This document shows positions 1-9,289 of a stretch of DNA of 32,849 bases, one piece after another. Source of the DNA: an uncultured Nitrospirales bacterium (lineage in GTDB: Bacteria > Hydrogenedentota > Hydrogenedentia > Hydrogenedentales > Hydrogenedentaceae). Made by a program: the position numbers and the translations under genes. The DNA is taken from assembly GCA_964655185.1 (NCBI GenBank), contig CAZZMK010000156.1, forward strand, positions 1 to 32,849, read 5' to 3'. The notes beneath the pieces are model-generated. The model made no database searches. It was not told the DNA's origin and saw nothing but the letters and a program-made list of their open reading frames with translations. Within the stretch, counting starts at the first letter, position 1; every line of letters starts with the position of its first letter.

Positions 1-1061
1 AACCCGCCAACATTGTGATGACTCTTTATTGTTGATGAGGGACCGCCAGTGGCTGATATTGATTCTATTACATCTGGGTATAAAGTACCCTGAGCGAGAA
101 ATGAGAAGTTGCCTAATCTCTTCGCTTCTTCTTCAAATATCTCTATGAAAAGGTTTCCAATAATTTTTCTTTTCTGTTCCGGGTCTGTAACACCTTTAAG
201 TGCAGTTAAAAATCGTTTCTTTGCGTCTACGCAATGTAGGTTAATATGAAAATGGTTTCTAAAAACTCTTTCTACCATTTCTGGCTCGCCCTTGCGTAGC
301 AAGCCGTTATCTACAAATACACAATGGAGATTATTGCCAATTGCTTTGTGTATAAGAACCGCCGTAACACTAGAATCTACTCCTCCGCTTAGTGCGCAGA
401 GAACCTTTTCACCTTTCACAATTTCCTTGATTTTATTTATAGAGTGTGATATGAAGTTCTCCATAGTCCACGGAGTATTCACACCACAGATTTTGTGAAC
501 GAAATTTGAGATAATAACACTACCTTCTGGAGTGTGGACTACTTCAGGGTGGAATTGAACACCATAGAATTTCTTCTCCTCATTACCTATAACTGCATAT
601 GGGCAATTTTCGGTACTTCCAAGTGCCGAGAAACCTGGTGGGAGTTGAGATACCTGGTCTCCATGGCTCATCCATACTTGAGTTGGAGAAGATACGCCCT
701 TCAGTAGTGTGGAGTTGGAATTGTGGTTTAGAGAAGCAACCCCATACTCTTTGTATTGCGCAGGTTCTACTTTTCCGCCGAGCATTTGTGCGAGCAGTTG
801 AGTGCCGTAGCATATACCGAGGATTGGTACCCCTAACTGAAAAACCTCTTTATCGGGTAATGGAGCACCTGGTTGATGAACACTTGCAGGACCGCCACTA
901 AAGATTACCCCGGCTAAGTTTAATTTTTTTATTTTTTCGAGAGGTGTATTATAAGGCAGAATTATGCTGTATACTCCACATTCTCGTACGCGGCGAGCTA
1001 TTAGTTTACTATATTGAGCACCGAAATCCAATACCAGTATGACGGGTCCATTATATCCCAT
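1..1061 (-). CDS. guaA: GMP synthase (glutamine-hydrolysing), N-terminal ~353 codons; the C-terminus lies beyond the window edge
   Basis: Minus-strand frame is open from ATG at 1061..1059 to position 1 with no stop, which is why it is absent from the ORF track. My translation reads [32 protein letters not shown]...[10 protein letters not shown] (class-I amidotransferase Cys)...YGVQFHPEV...LSGGVDSSV (ATP pyrophosphatase P-loop)...[10 protein letters not shown]...[10 protein letters not shown] checked several blocks codon by codon and found no in-frame stops. A GAGG-type SD sits in the last codons of guaB, with a 6-nt gap to the guaB stop. Confidence 0.9.
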   Translation of the reverse strand, partial: MGYNGPVILVLDFGAQYSKLIARRVRECGVYSIILPYNTPLEKIKKLNLAGVIFSGGPASVHQPGAPLPDKEVFQLGVPILGICYGTQLLAQMLGGKVEPAQYKEYGVASLNHNSNSTLLKGVSSPTQVWMSHGDQVSQLPPGFSALGSTENCPYAVIGNEEKKFYGVQFHPEVVHTPEGSVIISNFVHKICGVNTPWTMENFISHSINKIKEIVKGEKVLCALSGGVDSSVTAVLIHKAIGNNLHCVFVDNGLLRKGEPEMVERVFRNHFHINLHCVDAKKRFLTALKGVTDPEQKRKIIGNLFIEIFEEEAKRLGNFSFLAQGTLYPDVIESISATGGPSSTIKSHHNVGG

Positions 1062-1067
1062 TTTAGT

Positions 1068-2549
1068 TTACCTCGGTATCTGATAGTTGGGCGCATCTTC
1101 GGTAATAGTTACATCGTGGGGATGGCTTTCTTTTAATCCTGCAGAAGTAATCTTTATTAGTTTTGTATTTTCCTTGAACGTTTTAATATCCTTGCAACCA
1201 CAATATCCCATCGCAGACCGTAGCCCCCCTACCAGTTGATATATCACATCCGCAAGTGCACCACGATATGGAACACGCCCTTCAATTCCTTCTGGAACCA
1301 ATTTAGATGGCTCCGTTTCAAATTGCATATACCTTGATTTACCGCCTTTTTGCATTGCCTTGAGGGAGCCCATTCCTCTAACTAATTTGTATGTTCTCCC
1401 TTCATATAGGATTCTTTCGCCCGGGCTTTCTTCAGTGCCTGCAAATAAACTTCCAATCATAACTGAATCTGCACCTGCGGCTATTGCTTTAGCAATGTCT
1501 CCAGAGTATTTAATCCCGCCATCTGCGATTACTGGTATATTGTGTTCTTTACATACCTTTGCTACATTCATAATAGCAGTGATTTGTGGCACGCCTACAC
1601 CCGTTACAACTCGCGTAGTGCATATAGCACCCGGACCTACACCAACTTTTACTGCATCAGCACCTGCATCTATGAGAGCCTTTGCCCCTTCAGATGTGAC
1701 TACGTTACCTGCGATGACGGGCACATTAGGATGACGCTTCCTGAGTAGTGAAATCATTTCTAAAACAAGTGCAGAGTGTCCATGAGCAGAATCTACTACT
1801 AACACATCTACTCCCGCCTCAACAAGGGAATCAGCCCTCTCTATATCCTCTTTCGTTGTACCCACTGCTGCCCCTACCCGCAATCTTCCCATCTCATCAA
1901 CACATCTGTTGGGGAAGTCTCGGGCTTTTATGATGTCTTTTACAGTTATAAGTCCTATTAGTTTTCCGTTCTCATCAACTATGGGTAGTTTTTCTATTCT
2001 ATGCTTATGGAGAATCTTCTTGGCTTCTTCAAGTTTAGTTCCCGGTGGCACGGTAATAATTTTTTCTCTTGGTGTCATTATTTCTTTAATCTTCTTCGAA
2101 AAGTCTTCCTCGAATCGCAAGTCTCTATTTGTCAAGATTCCGACTAAAGTACCATTCTCGTCCGTGATGGGTACACCTGAGATTTTATACATTGACATAA
2201 GGTCTTCAGCATCTTTAATTGTGTGTTCTGGAGTGAGTGTAAATGGGTGTGTGATTACCCCTGCTTGAGAACGCTTTACTTTATCTACTTCAATTGCCTG
2301 CTCTTTAATATCCAGGTTTTTGTGAATGATACCAATTCCACCTTCTCTTGCAATTGCTATTGCAAGCCTTGCCTCGGTTACTGTGTCCATCGCAGCGCTA
2401 AGTATGGGAATGTTTAGGATTATATCTCGAGCGAGTCGAGTAGATACGTCAGTATCCCGAGGTAAAATCTGAGAATAAGCAGGAACTAATAGCACATCGT
2501 CGAAAGACAAACCTTCCGGTATATTTTCATCGTGTATCATTTTTAGCAA
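1068..2549 (-). CDS. guaB: IMP dehydrogenase with CBS-pair insertion
   Basis: 493 aa. N-terminus [13 protein letters not shown], tandem CBS region ([20 protein letters not shown] / [19 protein letters not shown]), catalytic loop [11 protein letters not shown], and C-terminal GYCGC...HPHDV. Lies directly upstream of guaA in the same orientation. Confidence 0.95.
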   Translation of the reverse strand: MLKMIHDENIPEGLSFDDVLLVPAYSQILPRDTDVSTRLARDIILNIPILSAAMDTVTEARLAIAIAREGGIGIIHKNLDIKEQAIEVDKVKRSQAGVITHPFTLTPEHTIKDAEDLMSMYKISGVPITDENGTLVGILTNRDLRFEEDFSKKIKEIMTPREKIITVPPGTKLEEAKKILHKHRIEKLPIVDENGKLIGLITVKDIIKARDFPNRCVDEMGRLRVGAAVGTTKEDIERADSLVEAGVDVLVVDSAHGHSALVLEMISLLRKRHPNVPVIAGNVVTSEGAKALIDAGADAVKVGVGPGAICTTRVVTGVGVPQITAIMNVAKVCKEHNIPVIADGGIKYSGDIAKAIAAGADSVMIGSLFAGTEESPGERILYEGRTYKLVRGMGSLKAMQKGGKSRYMQFETEPSKLVPEGIEGRVPYRGALADVIYQLVGGLRSAMGYCGCKDIKTFKENTKLIKITSAGLKESHPHDVTITEDAPNYQIPR

Positions 2550-2684
2550 ATCCTTTAATTATAGAGTGGTAAATATATGTATCGCCCCGGAATGTGCTCC
2601 CGGGTATAAGATTATAAGTTAACTATATGATATATTTAAAATTCGAATGTGTTAGTTTAATTCGCTGAAAAAAGAGACTTCGGG

Positions 2685-2700
2685 ATGTATTATAATACAT
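2685..2700. promoter_or_regulatory. Perfect 16-bp palindrome ATGTATTATAATACAT containing a TATAAT hexamer; candidate operator/-10 upstream of the MATE gene
   Basis: All 8 base pairs of the dyad were checked position by position (2685 pairs with 2700, through 2692 with 2693). TATAAT occupies 2691..2696, 60 nt upstream of the ATG at 2757. No good -35 was seen. The region is the divergent guaB/MATE intergenic spacer. Confidence 0.3.
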
Positions 2701-2756
2701 TTCTACTTTGTTCATAGTTAGCATTATTTTACCTATAAGACATATCTACTCTGTAT

Positions 2757-4166
2757 ATGAAGCAATTCGACCCAGAAATTGTATCGGGGAGTATATTTAA
2801 TTCTCTCTGGAAGTTAACTTGGCCACTCGTACTTCTGAATCTTATCAATGGAATACATGGTTTTATTGACCAAGTATTAGTGGGGCACTTCGTCGATGCC
2901 CAGAATAATGCGGGGAACGCAGCAATTGGCGTTTCTTGGCAAGTTTTTATGGTAATGGCTGTACTCATAGCATCCTTGTCCCACGGGATGAACGTACTTG
3001 TTGCCCGCTATTCTGGAAAGCAAGATAGGAAGATGGTTAGCGTTGTATTTTTTCAATCATTGGGGAGTGCGATAATTTTTCTGGTATTTATCGTTGCACC
3101 TTTGGGTTATATTTTGGCTCCGTTTTTGCTAAATTTTATTGGAGTCGAGCGTACCGTTTATGAACTCGCACTCCCATATTTGAGATTACTTTTCGTTTTT
3201 AATTGGACATTGTTTTTGTTGATTCTGGTAACAGGTGCAATACAAGCATCAGGTTTCCCGAAACTTGCATTAGTATTAAATGTAATAAATGCGTTACTGA
3301 ATATTCTAATTAGTTTTGTCTTAATAACGGGACTTGGCATATTCCCTTCACTTGGAGTTATTGGAGCAGGCATTGGTACAGTCGTGGCTCCTGCAATAGC
3401 GTTATTCTATGGTTGGATTTTGATTGTTAAAGGCAGGACTATATTTGAATGGCAGGGAACTGCTAATATTTTTCCGCGGGTAGAGATTTTAAAAGTCATA
3501 TTAAGGGTGGGTTTGCCTACTGGTATTCAAGGAGTGGCTTTGAATTTAAGTGGGGTTTTTCTTATTAAGTTTCTAAGTACATTACCTAATAGTACCGCAG
3601 TGTTATCTGCTTATACTATTTGTTATAACCAACTTTTTTCGTTTGTTACCTGGGCATCGTTTGGATTGCGGTCTGCTTGTAGTACCGTGATGGGACAGAA
3701 TATCGGAGCAGGCAAACCTATTAGAGGTAAAAATGTAGTGAAAGCAGGGGCATACCTTGGCTCGGTATGGGGAGCCTTTATCGGTTTCTTTTACATTTTT
3801 TTCCCTACATACCTCTTGAGCCTATTCAATGTTCAATCTGAATTAGTACTTGAATATGGCAAGGTCTTTTTGCAATATCTCACTTTTTCAGCGATATTTT
3901 TATCTGCTACTTTAGCTATGACTGGCGGTATTCAAGGCGCAGGCGCAACTCAGATACCTATGATAATTGCTTTGATTACTCAGATAGGTGTTCTGCTCGG
4001 TTCGTGTGGAATCCTTTATTTTTTAGATGCTCTTACAGTTAATAGAGTCTGGGGAACTATATTATTTGCTCATATAGTAAGGTATTTATTAACCCTTAGT
4101 GTTTTCCGTTCAGACAAATGGATTCATACAAAAGTAGAAATTTCCCCTGATGTAGATTTAGTGTAG
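2757..4166 (+). CDS. MATE-family (MOP superfamily) efflux transporter
   Basis: 469 aa, about 12 hydrophobic spans. N-terminal pattern LWKLTWPLVLLNLINGIHGFIDQVLVGHF...AAIGVS and a second-half repeat LRVGLPTGIQGV are typical of NorM/DinF-type MATE proteins. Confidence 0.8.
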   Translation: MKQFDPEIVSGSIFNSLWKLTWPLVLLNLINGIHGFIDQVLVGHFVDAQNNAGNAAIGVSWQVFMVMAVLIASLSHGMNVLVARYSGKQDRKMVSVVFFQSLGSAIIFLVFIVAPLGYILAPFLLNFIGVERTVYELALPYLRLLFVFNWTLFLLILVTGAIQASGFPKLALVLNVINALLNILISFVLITGLGIFPSLGVIGAGIGTVVAPAIALFYGWILIVKGRTIFEWQGTANIFPRVEILKVILRVGLPTGIQGVALNLSGVFLIKFLSTLPNSTAVLSAYTICYNQLFSFVTWASFGLRSACSTVMGQNIGAGKPIRGKNVVKAGAYLGSVWGAFIGFFYIFFPTYLLSLFNVQSELVLEYGKVFLQYLTFSAIFLSATLAMTGGIQGAGATQIPMIIALITQIGVLLGSCGILYFLDALTVNRVWGTILFAHIVRYLLTLSVFRSDKWIHTKVEISPDVDLV

Positions 4167-4283
4167 TTGTATACTTTTTTTGTAAATTTTTTCTTACGAA
4201 GAATTATAATTCCTTGAAAAGTATATTTTTGTTATGGTATTTTTCATTAATTACATTTTAACAACAAAAGAAAGGGTACTGTT

Positions 4284-5831
4284 ATGAAGAGAGCGACTTT
4301 GTTTTTTTTGCTGGTAATGGTATTATCTTTTGCTGTTTTCTCTGAACTTCAAAATGTTGAGGTGGGTGGTAGTCTGCGGTTGAGGTACAATTACATCGGG
4401 AATACTTTTACAGATTTTGTGGGACCGATGCCTGCCCCTGTTATGCGTTGGAGTCCAACTTCAGTTATTGGAAGGCCTATAGGTAACTTATTAGGGCCTG
4501 GTGTAACGAGTATTTTTGATTGGGATGATGTTGGTAATGACCTTTCATTTGTAGAGCAAAGGACTCGCCTACATATAAATGCAGATTTTACAGACCAGGT
4601 AAGGGCATTTATCGAACTTGATTCTTATGATGTGTGGGGTGAAGATTTTCGCTCTGTAGACTATGTGACAGGTGTAGATACTCGAGCAATTTCCGCCGAC
4701 GATGTAGAAGTGTATCAGGCTTATATTGAAGCAAGTGAGATGTGGGGAACTCCGTTGAGATTAAGAGTAGGTAGACAAGAACTTGCTTTTGGTAGTCAAT
4801 TTTTAGTAGGTCCTCGGGATTTTGCTTTCTTCTGGACAGGCATTTCATTTGATGCGATTAGATTGACTTACGATGCTGAGAAGTTTACTATCGATGTATG
4901 GGCAAGTAAACTTTTTGAAGCAATGTCCGATTTTGCAGAAGACGATGTTAATTTCTATGGTGTTTATGCTACATGCAAGGCAGTGGAGAATATAGTTTTT
5001 GACCTCTACTGGATGCTACTTGAAGATGATAGACCTATCCCAAATGACCTTGCAGTATTTCCTAATGGCGATTTTTTGAGTAGGCTACTTGGGGTTGGTA
5101 ATTACGATAAGACAATGCTTCATACTCTCGGTTTGCGGTCGGCAGGTAAGTTTGACGCTTTTGATTTCGATGTAGAGGTTGCATATCAGTTTGGAGAAGC
5201 AGACCATATTGGTAAGTTGTTCAGGGTGGGATTTATTGGAGATGATGATGCTAATTTCGATAATTGGGCAGGTAAGATAGATATCGGCTATACCCTTGAT
5301 GTCTGGCGTAATCCAAGATTGTTTGCGAGTTTTAGATATTTCAGTGGAGAAGATAATAGGGCTGTTTCTATTTGGGATTGGCTGAATCCATTCTACGAGC
5401 CAGAAGCAAGTGTGAGTTTTAATCGCATGTTCTCTAATGAGATCGCATCAGGATTCCTTGATTTGTGGAATGATTTGTCAAATGCATGGTGGGTTAGATT
5501 AGGCGTCCAAGGGGCTATTACAGATTGTATACGTGGCGTGGTATTTGTTTCATATTATGAGGCTGTTGATACATTTGATAGACCGCGATTCCCTTATATT
5601 TTCCCGTGGTGGACAAGAGATAGTGATGATTATCTCGGGACTGATTTGTCGATATTTTTAGAGTATCAATACTCGCCTGATTTAGTTTTTGAATTTGGTT
5701 GGTCTCATTTATTTGTTGGAGATGGTTTGAAAGAAGGTAACTTTGTAAGATGGAATGGAATGTTATACACAGGTGGAACTGACGATGATGATTCAGACTA
5801 TGCGTATATAGGTTGCAGGTTAAACTTCTAA
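4284..5831 (+). CDS. Secreted outer-membrane beta-barrel, alginate-export (AlgE-like) family
   Basis: 515 aa. Signal peptide MKRATLFFLLVMVLSFAVFS. GGSLRLRYNY follows immediately after the cleavage region. LRLRVGRQELAFGSQFLVGPRDF resembles the alginate_exp family core. Aromatic/alternating strands run throughout, and the C-terminus YAYIGCRLNF ends in Phe, the classical OMP sorting signature. Confidence 0.6.
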   Translation: MKRATLFFLLVMVLSFAVFSELQNVEVGGSLRLRYNYIGNTFTDFVGPMPAPVMRWSPTSVIGRPIGNLLGPGVTSIFDWDDVGNDLSFVEQRTRLHINADFTDQVRAFIELDSYDVWGEDFRSVDYVTGVDTRAISADDVEVYQAYIEASEMWGTPLRLRVGRQELAFGSQFLVGPRDFAFFWTGISFDAIRLTYDAEKFTIDVWASKLFEAMSDFAEDDVNFYGVYATCKAVENIVFDLYWMLLEDDRPIPNDLAVFPNGDFLSRLLGVGNYDKTMLHTLGLRSAGKFDAFDFDVEVAYQFGEADHIGKLFRVGFIGDDDANFDNWAGKIDIGYTLDVWRNPRLFASFRYFSGEDNRAVSIWDWLNPFYEPEASVSFNRMFSNEIASGFLDLWNDLSNAWWVRLGVQGAITDCIRGVVFVSYYEAVDTFDRPRFPYIFPWWTRDSDDYLGTDLSIFLEYQYSPDLVFEFGWSHLFVGDGLKEGNFVRWNGMLYTGGTDDDDSDYAYIGCRLNF

Positions 5832-5857
5832 TCTGAAATTTGCGGAATTAATCCTGG

Positions 5858-5904
5858 ACTGGGGGCATTAGTATTAGTGAAATAGTGCTCCCAGTTTTCT
5901 TTTT
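5858..5904 (+). terminator. Rho-independent terminator after the beta-barrel gene
   Basis: ACTGGGGGCA (5858..5867) pairs with TGCTCCCAGT (5886..5895). This is a 10-bp stem with one G-U wobble and an 18-nt loop, followed by TTTCTTTTT. Confidence 0.55.
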
Positions 5905-5988
5905 GAATAGGTATGTAATAGAATTCTACGCTTAGATAGTTGAGCATAATTAATATAAATTTGGAGGTAGAGTTACAAGGAGCATTAG

Positions 5989-6543
5989 ATGAAAAGTGTA
6001 TGTATTTTTGCGGGTTCGAGTGATAATGCCATAGAACCATATAGAGATGAAGTTGAAAAACTCACGACTTATCTCATCAAGAGAAATCTCACAATAGTAT
6101 ATGGCGCTGGAAAAGTCGGACTAATGGGTGTTATATCAAGAAAAGCGAATGCTCTTGGAGGCAATTTGGTAGGTATAGTTCCTGGTCATTTCAACACGGA
6201 GGAATTAGTATTTGAAAAATGCAATTCCCTTATAGTAACTCGAGACCTCCAAGAAAGGAAAGCGGTAATGGCAAGCCAAGCGGATGCTTTTATAGTGCTT
6301 CCTGGCGGTATTGGCACTCTTGATGAATTTGCAGAAGTTTTGGCATGGAAACAAGCCCGCCAACATTCAAAGCAGATTTTCCTTATGAATCTAAATTCTT
6401 TTTATGAACCTTTGCTTATACTTTTTAACAAGATGCTTGAATATAATTTTATATTGCCACATCATCTAAAACTATTTGATGTGTTTAACTCTATAGATGA
6501 GTTTATTGAATTTGCAGAAACAAGTATTTTCATAAAAAACTAA
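5989..6543 (+). CDS. LOG-family (TIGR00730) nucleotide 5'-monophosphate nucleosidase / cytokinin riboside-phosphate phosphoribohydrolase-like protein
   Basis: 184 aa. Pattern CIFAGSS...VYGAGKVGLMG...PGGIGTLDEFAE, the PGGxGTxxE signature of the LOG family. An AAGGAG SD lies 8 nt upstream of the ATG. Confidence 0.8.
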   Translation: MKSVCIFAGSSDNAIEPYRDEVEKLTTYLIKRNLTIVYGAGKVGLMGVISRKANALGGNLVGIVPGHFNTEELVFEKCNSLIVTRDLQERKAVMASQADAFIVLPGGIGTLDEFAEVLAWKQARQHSKQIFLMNLNSFYEPLLILFNKMLEYNFILPHHLKLFDVFNSIDEFIEFAETSIFIKN

Positions 6544-6565
6544 ATCTCAAACTAAAATAAAAAAA

Positions 6566-9244
6566 ATGGATTATGATAAGAAAACTTCAGTTTTTCTTAG
6601 CCTTTTGTTATATATCTGTTTCTTTTTTTCTGGTGCATCTGCGTTGGTGTATCAGATAATCTGGACGAGAAAATGTAGCCTCCTATTAGGTAGTACCTCT
6701 CTTGCAGTAAGTTCTGTGCTTGGTATATTTTTTCTGGGTATAGGGGTAGGCAGTTTTATCGGGGGTAAGTTAGCAAACTCAAATAGAAATGGAGTCAAAA
6801 TATATGGAGTTTTAGAAATAGTAATAGGTTTATGGGCTTTGGCTATTACAGAATATCTTTCTTCTAATGAGATAGTTGCTGGAGTTTTTAAGATTATCCC
6901 TTCGTCGTATTTGCTTACATTTTTTGTGCGAATTTTCTTTGCTCTTCTTTGGTTCTTGGTACCTGCAATTTGTATGGGGATGACCTATCCAGTTCTTGCA
7001 AAGCATGAGAATTTAGCATTGAGATTTTCTAAAGCACACCTTTCGATATTATATATGGCTAATACTTTAGGAGGTACCGCAGGAGTTTTTTTGGCGGGCT
7101 TTATTGCTATACCTTTAATGGGTTATTTTAATGTAATCTTGATAGCAGTTACCATAAATTTATTGGTTGGAGTTGTAGCATGGATAATAAGCCCGAGTTT
7201 TGTTGAGAGAAATATCGTAGGGTATGAAAATTTGAAGGTGACGGAAGGAGAATGTGCTTATGATGGGGAAAATAATTATGTGTTATTAATGGTGTATATC
7301 GGGGTATTTGTTTCTGGATTTGTTACGCTTGCTCTTGAGGTGTTGTGGACACGGCTTCTGATAATGATTCTTCTCGGGACTACCTATGCATATTCCTCTG
7401 TACTCATATCCGTGCTTGCCGGGATAGGATTGGGTTCTTTGTTGTTGTCTCTGGTTGTGAGTAGGATTAGGATGCACCTCTCTCATCTTGGACTGGGCTA
7501 TTTTATCTGTGCTTTGCTTGTTTTATCTACAATTTTGTTTATTTCATATTTGCCGAGTGCTATTCGATGGTATGGGTTAGAGGTTTCAACCAACTGGACG
7601 CGAGCAGTTTTGGGGAAATTTTTACTGACATTTATGGTTTTGGTTCCACCAATGGTGGCTTTTGGGTTTACTTTTCCTTATGCTTTGTGTTTGATGAGAT
7701 CTGTCAGTCCCAATCCTTTTGTGTCGATAGGTAGGGCTTACGGAGTTAATACCATTGGAAGTATATTAGGTTCAATATTTGGCGGATTTGTAATATTACC
7801 GTTGATGGGGTGTGAAAACGGAGTGAAAGTATTAGCACTGGCTCTTGCTTCTTTTGGTATAGTAATTGCATTTTTCAGTATGAAATGGAGGTTTATTTCA
7901 GCAATTCTATGTTTGAGTACTTTGACTGCTTTCTTCTTGGTTTTACCTACAGACCTAATGCGGGAAATAAATAATTTTTATATTCCCTGGATGCACCGTA
8001 TAATTTTTTTCTCTGAGGGGGTAGAAGGAACTGTGGCTGTAAGTGCGCCTAATATTCCTAAACCTGAGGATGAAAGGATATTGTGGATTAACAGAGTTCA
8101 GGCTACCACTGCTGTTGAAAAAGGTGTTCGAATGAATAGATTTCAAGGAATTTTGCCATTGTTATTTGATAGAAATCCTCAAAAAGTGCTTTTTATGTGT
8201 TTTGGTTCAGGTATTACCTGTGGAACTCTTGCAATAGCGGACTTCCAACGAATAGATGCTGTAGAAATATCTCCTGAGGTGATTGAAGCAAGTAAGTGTT
8301 TTAGGGACAAAAATCTTGATGTATTGAGTAGACCGAATGTTAATCTCCATATTGACGATGCGCGAAATTATCTTATCCGCTCTAATGATGAGTATGACTT
8401 TATTACATTAGAGCCAATGCCATTGGCTCTTGCTGGTGTTTCTGCTTTTTATAGTGAAGATTTCTATAGGTTTTGTTTCAATGTAATGAGTGATTTGGGA
8501 ATGATGTCCCAATGGGTCCCTTTTCATAGCACAGATATATCTATAGTTAAATCCGTAGTTGCTACTTTCCTAAAAGTGTTTCCTGAAGCAAAAGGATTTT
8601 TTATTAATTCTGACCTTTTTATAGTCGGAGCAAAGAAACCATTGCATTTGAATCCTGCTAGGTTTCAATCAAGGTTGGAGGCGAATCTTCCTCTCAGAAC
8701 CGTTTTGACGGAGGCAGGATTTCCTGATACAGAAGAAGTATTTGCTACTTTTGTTATGGATAGAGAAGCACTTGTTGAGTTTTCAAATGGGGGAAGGACA
8801 ATTACAGACAAAAACCCCTGGGTAGAATTCTCCGCACCTAAGTATGTTTATTATCGTGGGGCAGTTCCGGAGAACATTCGGAATTTGAAAAAATATTTCA
8901 CACCTATTGATAAAGTGTTTGGGGAAGACAAAGATGATTTTGCTTTATTTAATTCTGTTGTCCAAAGGCAAAAATCTCATTATGCAGACCTTGATGGAGT
9001 TATCAAGTATTATGAAGGATTTACCATTAGCGACGACCTGAGAGAATCTTTTATTAATTCGTTAAAGATAGACCCTAAAAACTCTCAGGCTAAATATTAT
9101 TTACGCGTTATTGTAAAAACTCAGATAGAGAGTTATATCAGATGGGATGAATTAGAAAAGGCAAAAGAAATATTAAGAGAAGTAAGTCCTTATTTGAAAG
9201 ATGATATTTTTTGGAACAATTGGGTGAGAAATTTAGATATTTAA
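6566..9244 (+). CDS. Fused polytopic membrane domain / spermidine-synthase-like class-I methyltransferase fold / C-terminal helical-repeat protein
   Basis: 892 aa. aa 1-460 hold two homologous multi-TM modules (SGASALVYQIIWTRKCSLLLGST at aa 22-44 and SGFVTLALEVLWTRLLIMILLGTT at aa 250-273). aa ~480-700 form a SpeE-like Rossmann fold (VLFMCFGSGITCGT, IDAVEISPEVIE, HIDDARNYL, YDFITLEP). aa ~700-892 are helical and TPR-like. Confidence 0.7.
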   Translation: MDYDKKTSVFLSLLLYICFFFSGASALVYQIIWTRKCSLLLGSTSLAVSSVLGIFFLGIGVGSFIGGKLANSNRNGVKIYGVLEIVIGLWALAITEYLSSNEIVAGVFKIIPSSYLLTFFVRIFFALLWFLVPAICMGMTYPVLAKHENLALRFSKAHLSILYMANTLGGTAGVFLAGFIAIPLMGYFNVILIAVTINLLVGVVAWIISPSFVERNIVGYENLKVTEGECAYDGENNYVLLMVYIGVFVSGFVTLALEVLWTRLLIMILLGTTYAYSSVLISVLAGIGLGSLLLSLVVSRIRMHLSHLGLGYFICALLVLSTILFISYLPSAIRWYGLEVSTNWTRAVLGKFLLTFMVLVPPMVAFGFTFPYALCLMRSVSPNPFVSIGRAYGVNTIGSILGSIFGGFVILPLMGCENGVKVLALALASFGIVIAFFSMKWRFISAILCLSTLTAFFLVLPTDLMREINNFYIPWMHRIIFFSEGVEGTVAVSAPNIPKPEDERILWINRVQATTAVEKGVRMNRFQGILPLLFDRNPQKVLFMCFGSGITCGTLAIADFQRIDAVEISPEVIEASKCFRDKNLDVLSRPNVNLHIDDARNYLIRSNDEYDFITLEPMPLALAGVSAFYSEDFYRFCFNVMSDLGMMSQWVPFHSTDISIVKSVVATFLKVFPEAKGFFINSDLFIVGAKKPLHLNPARFQSRLEANLPLRTVLTEAGFPDTEEVFATFVMDREALVEFSNGGRTITDKNPWVEFSAPKYVYYRGAVPENIRNLKKYFTPIDKVFGEDKDDFALFNSVVQRQKSHYADLDGVIKYYEGFTISDDLRESFINSLKIDPKNSQAKYYLRVIVKTQIESYIRWDELEKAKEILREVSPYLKDDIFWNNWVRNLDI

Positions 9245-9289
9245 GGCAGTAATTATACAGTCATTTAATGTTGGAGATTTACCGCTTAT

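Noticed and set aside
292-901. Three track ORFs (292..498 +, 583..813 -, 599..901 +) in the first kilobase
   Set aside because: All lie inside, and out of frame with or antisense to, the intact guaA reading frame. Their translations are low-complexity with no motifs.
1360-2417. A chain of plus-strand ORFs (124, 68, 61, 119 and 64 aa) antisense to guaB
   Set aside because: These are typical shadow ORFs opposite a highly conserved gene. They have no SD or start context, and guaB fully explains the region.
2550-2660. Possible purine riboswitch or attenuator in the guaB leader (GC hairpin CCCGG-N9-CCGGG at about 2586..2604)
   Set aside because: The leader is too short and lacks the three-way junction and conserved loops of guanine/adenine riboswitches. 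There is only a 5-bp stem, which may be a simple 5' stabiliser or chance.
4234-4287. 17-codon upstream ORF (MVFFINYILTTKERVLL) whose TGA overlaps the ATG of the beta-barrel gene (ATGA)
   Set aside because: No SD precedes it. Short ATG...stop frames are frequent by chance in AT-rich sequence, and there is no leader-peptide logic I can attach to an OMP gene.
5828-6040. 70-aa minus-strand ORF spanning the OMP/LOG spacer
   Set aside because: It overlaps the predicted terminator and the LOG start. There is no SD, and the sequence is not protein-like.
5989-9244. LOG ('lysine decarboxylase-like') plus spermidine-synthase-like fusion as a polyamine biosynthesis module
   Set aside because: The lysine decarboxylase label on LOG/TIGR00730 proteins is a historical misannotation; they are nucleotide phosphoribohydrolases. 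The pathway logic therefore collapses, and adjacency alone is insufficient.
9245-9289. Possible bidirectional terminator between the SpeE-like gene and the micro-ORF (GCAGTAA ... TTACCGC)
   Set aside because: The stem is only 7 bp with a mismatch, the loop is about 27 nt, and there is no U-tract. This is not convincing.
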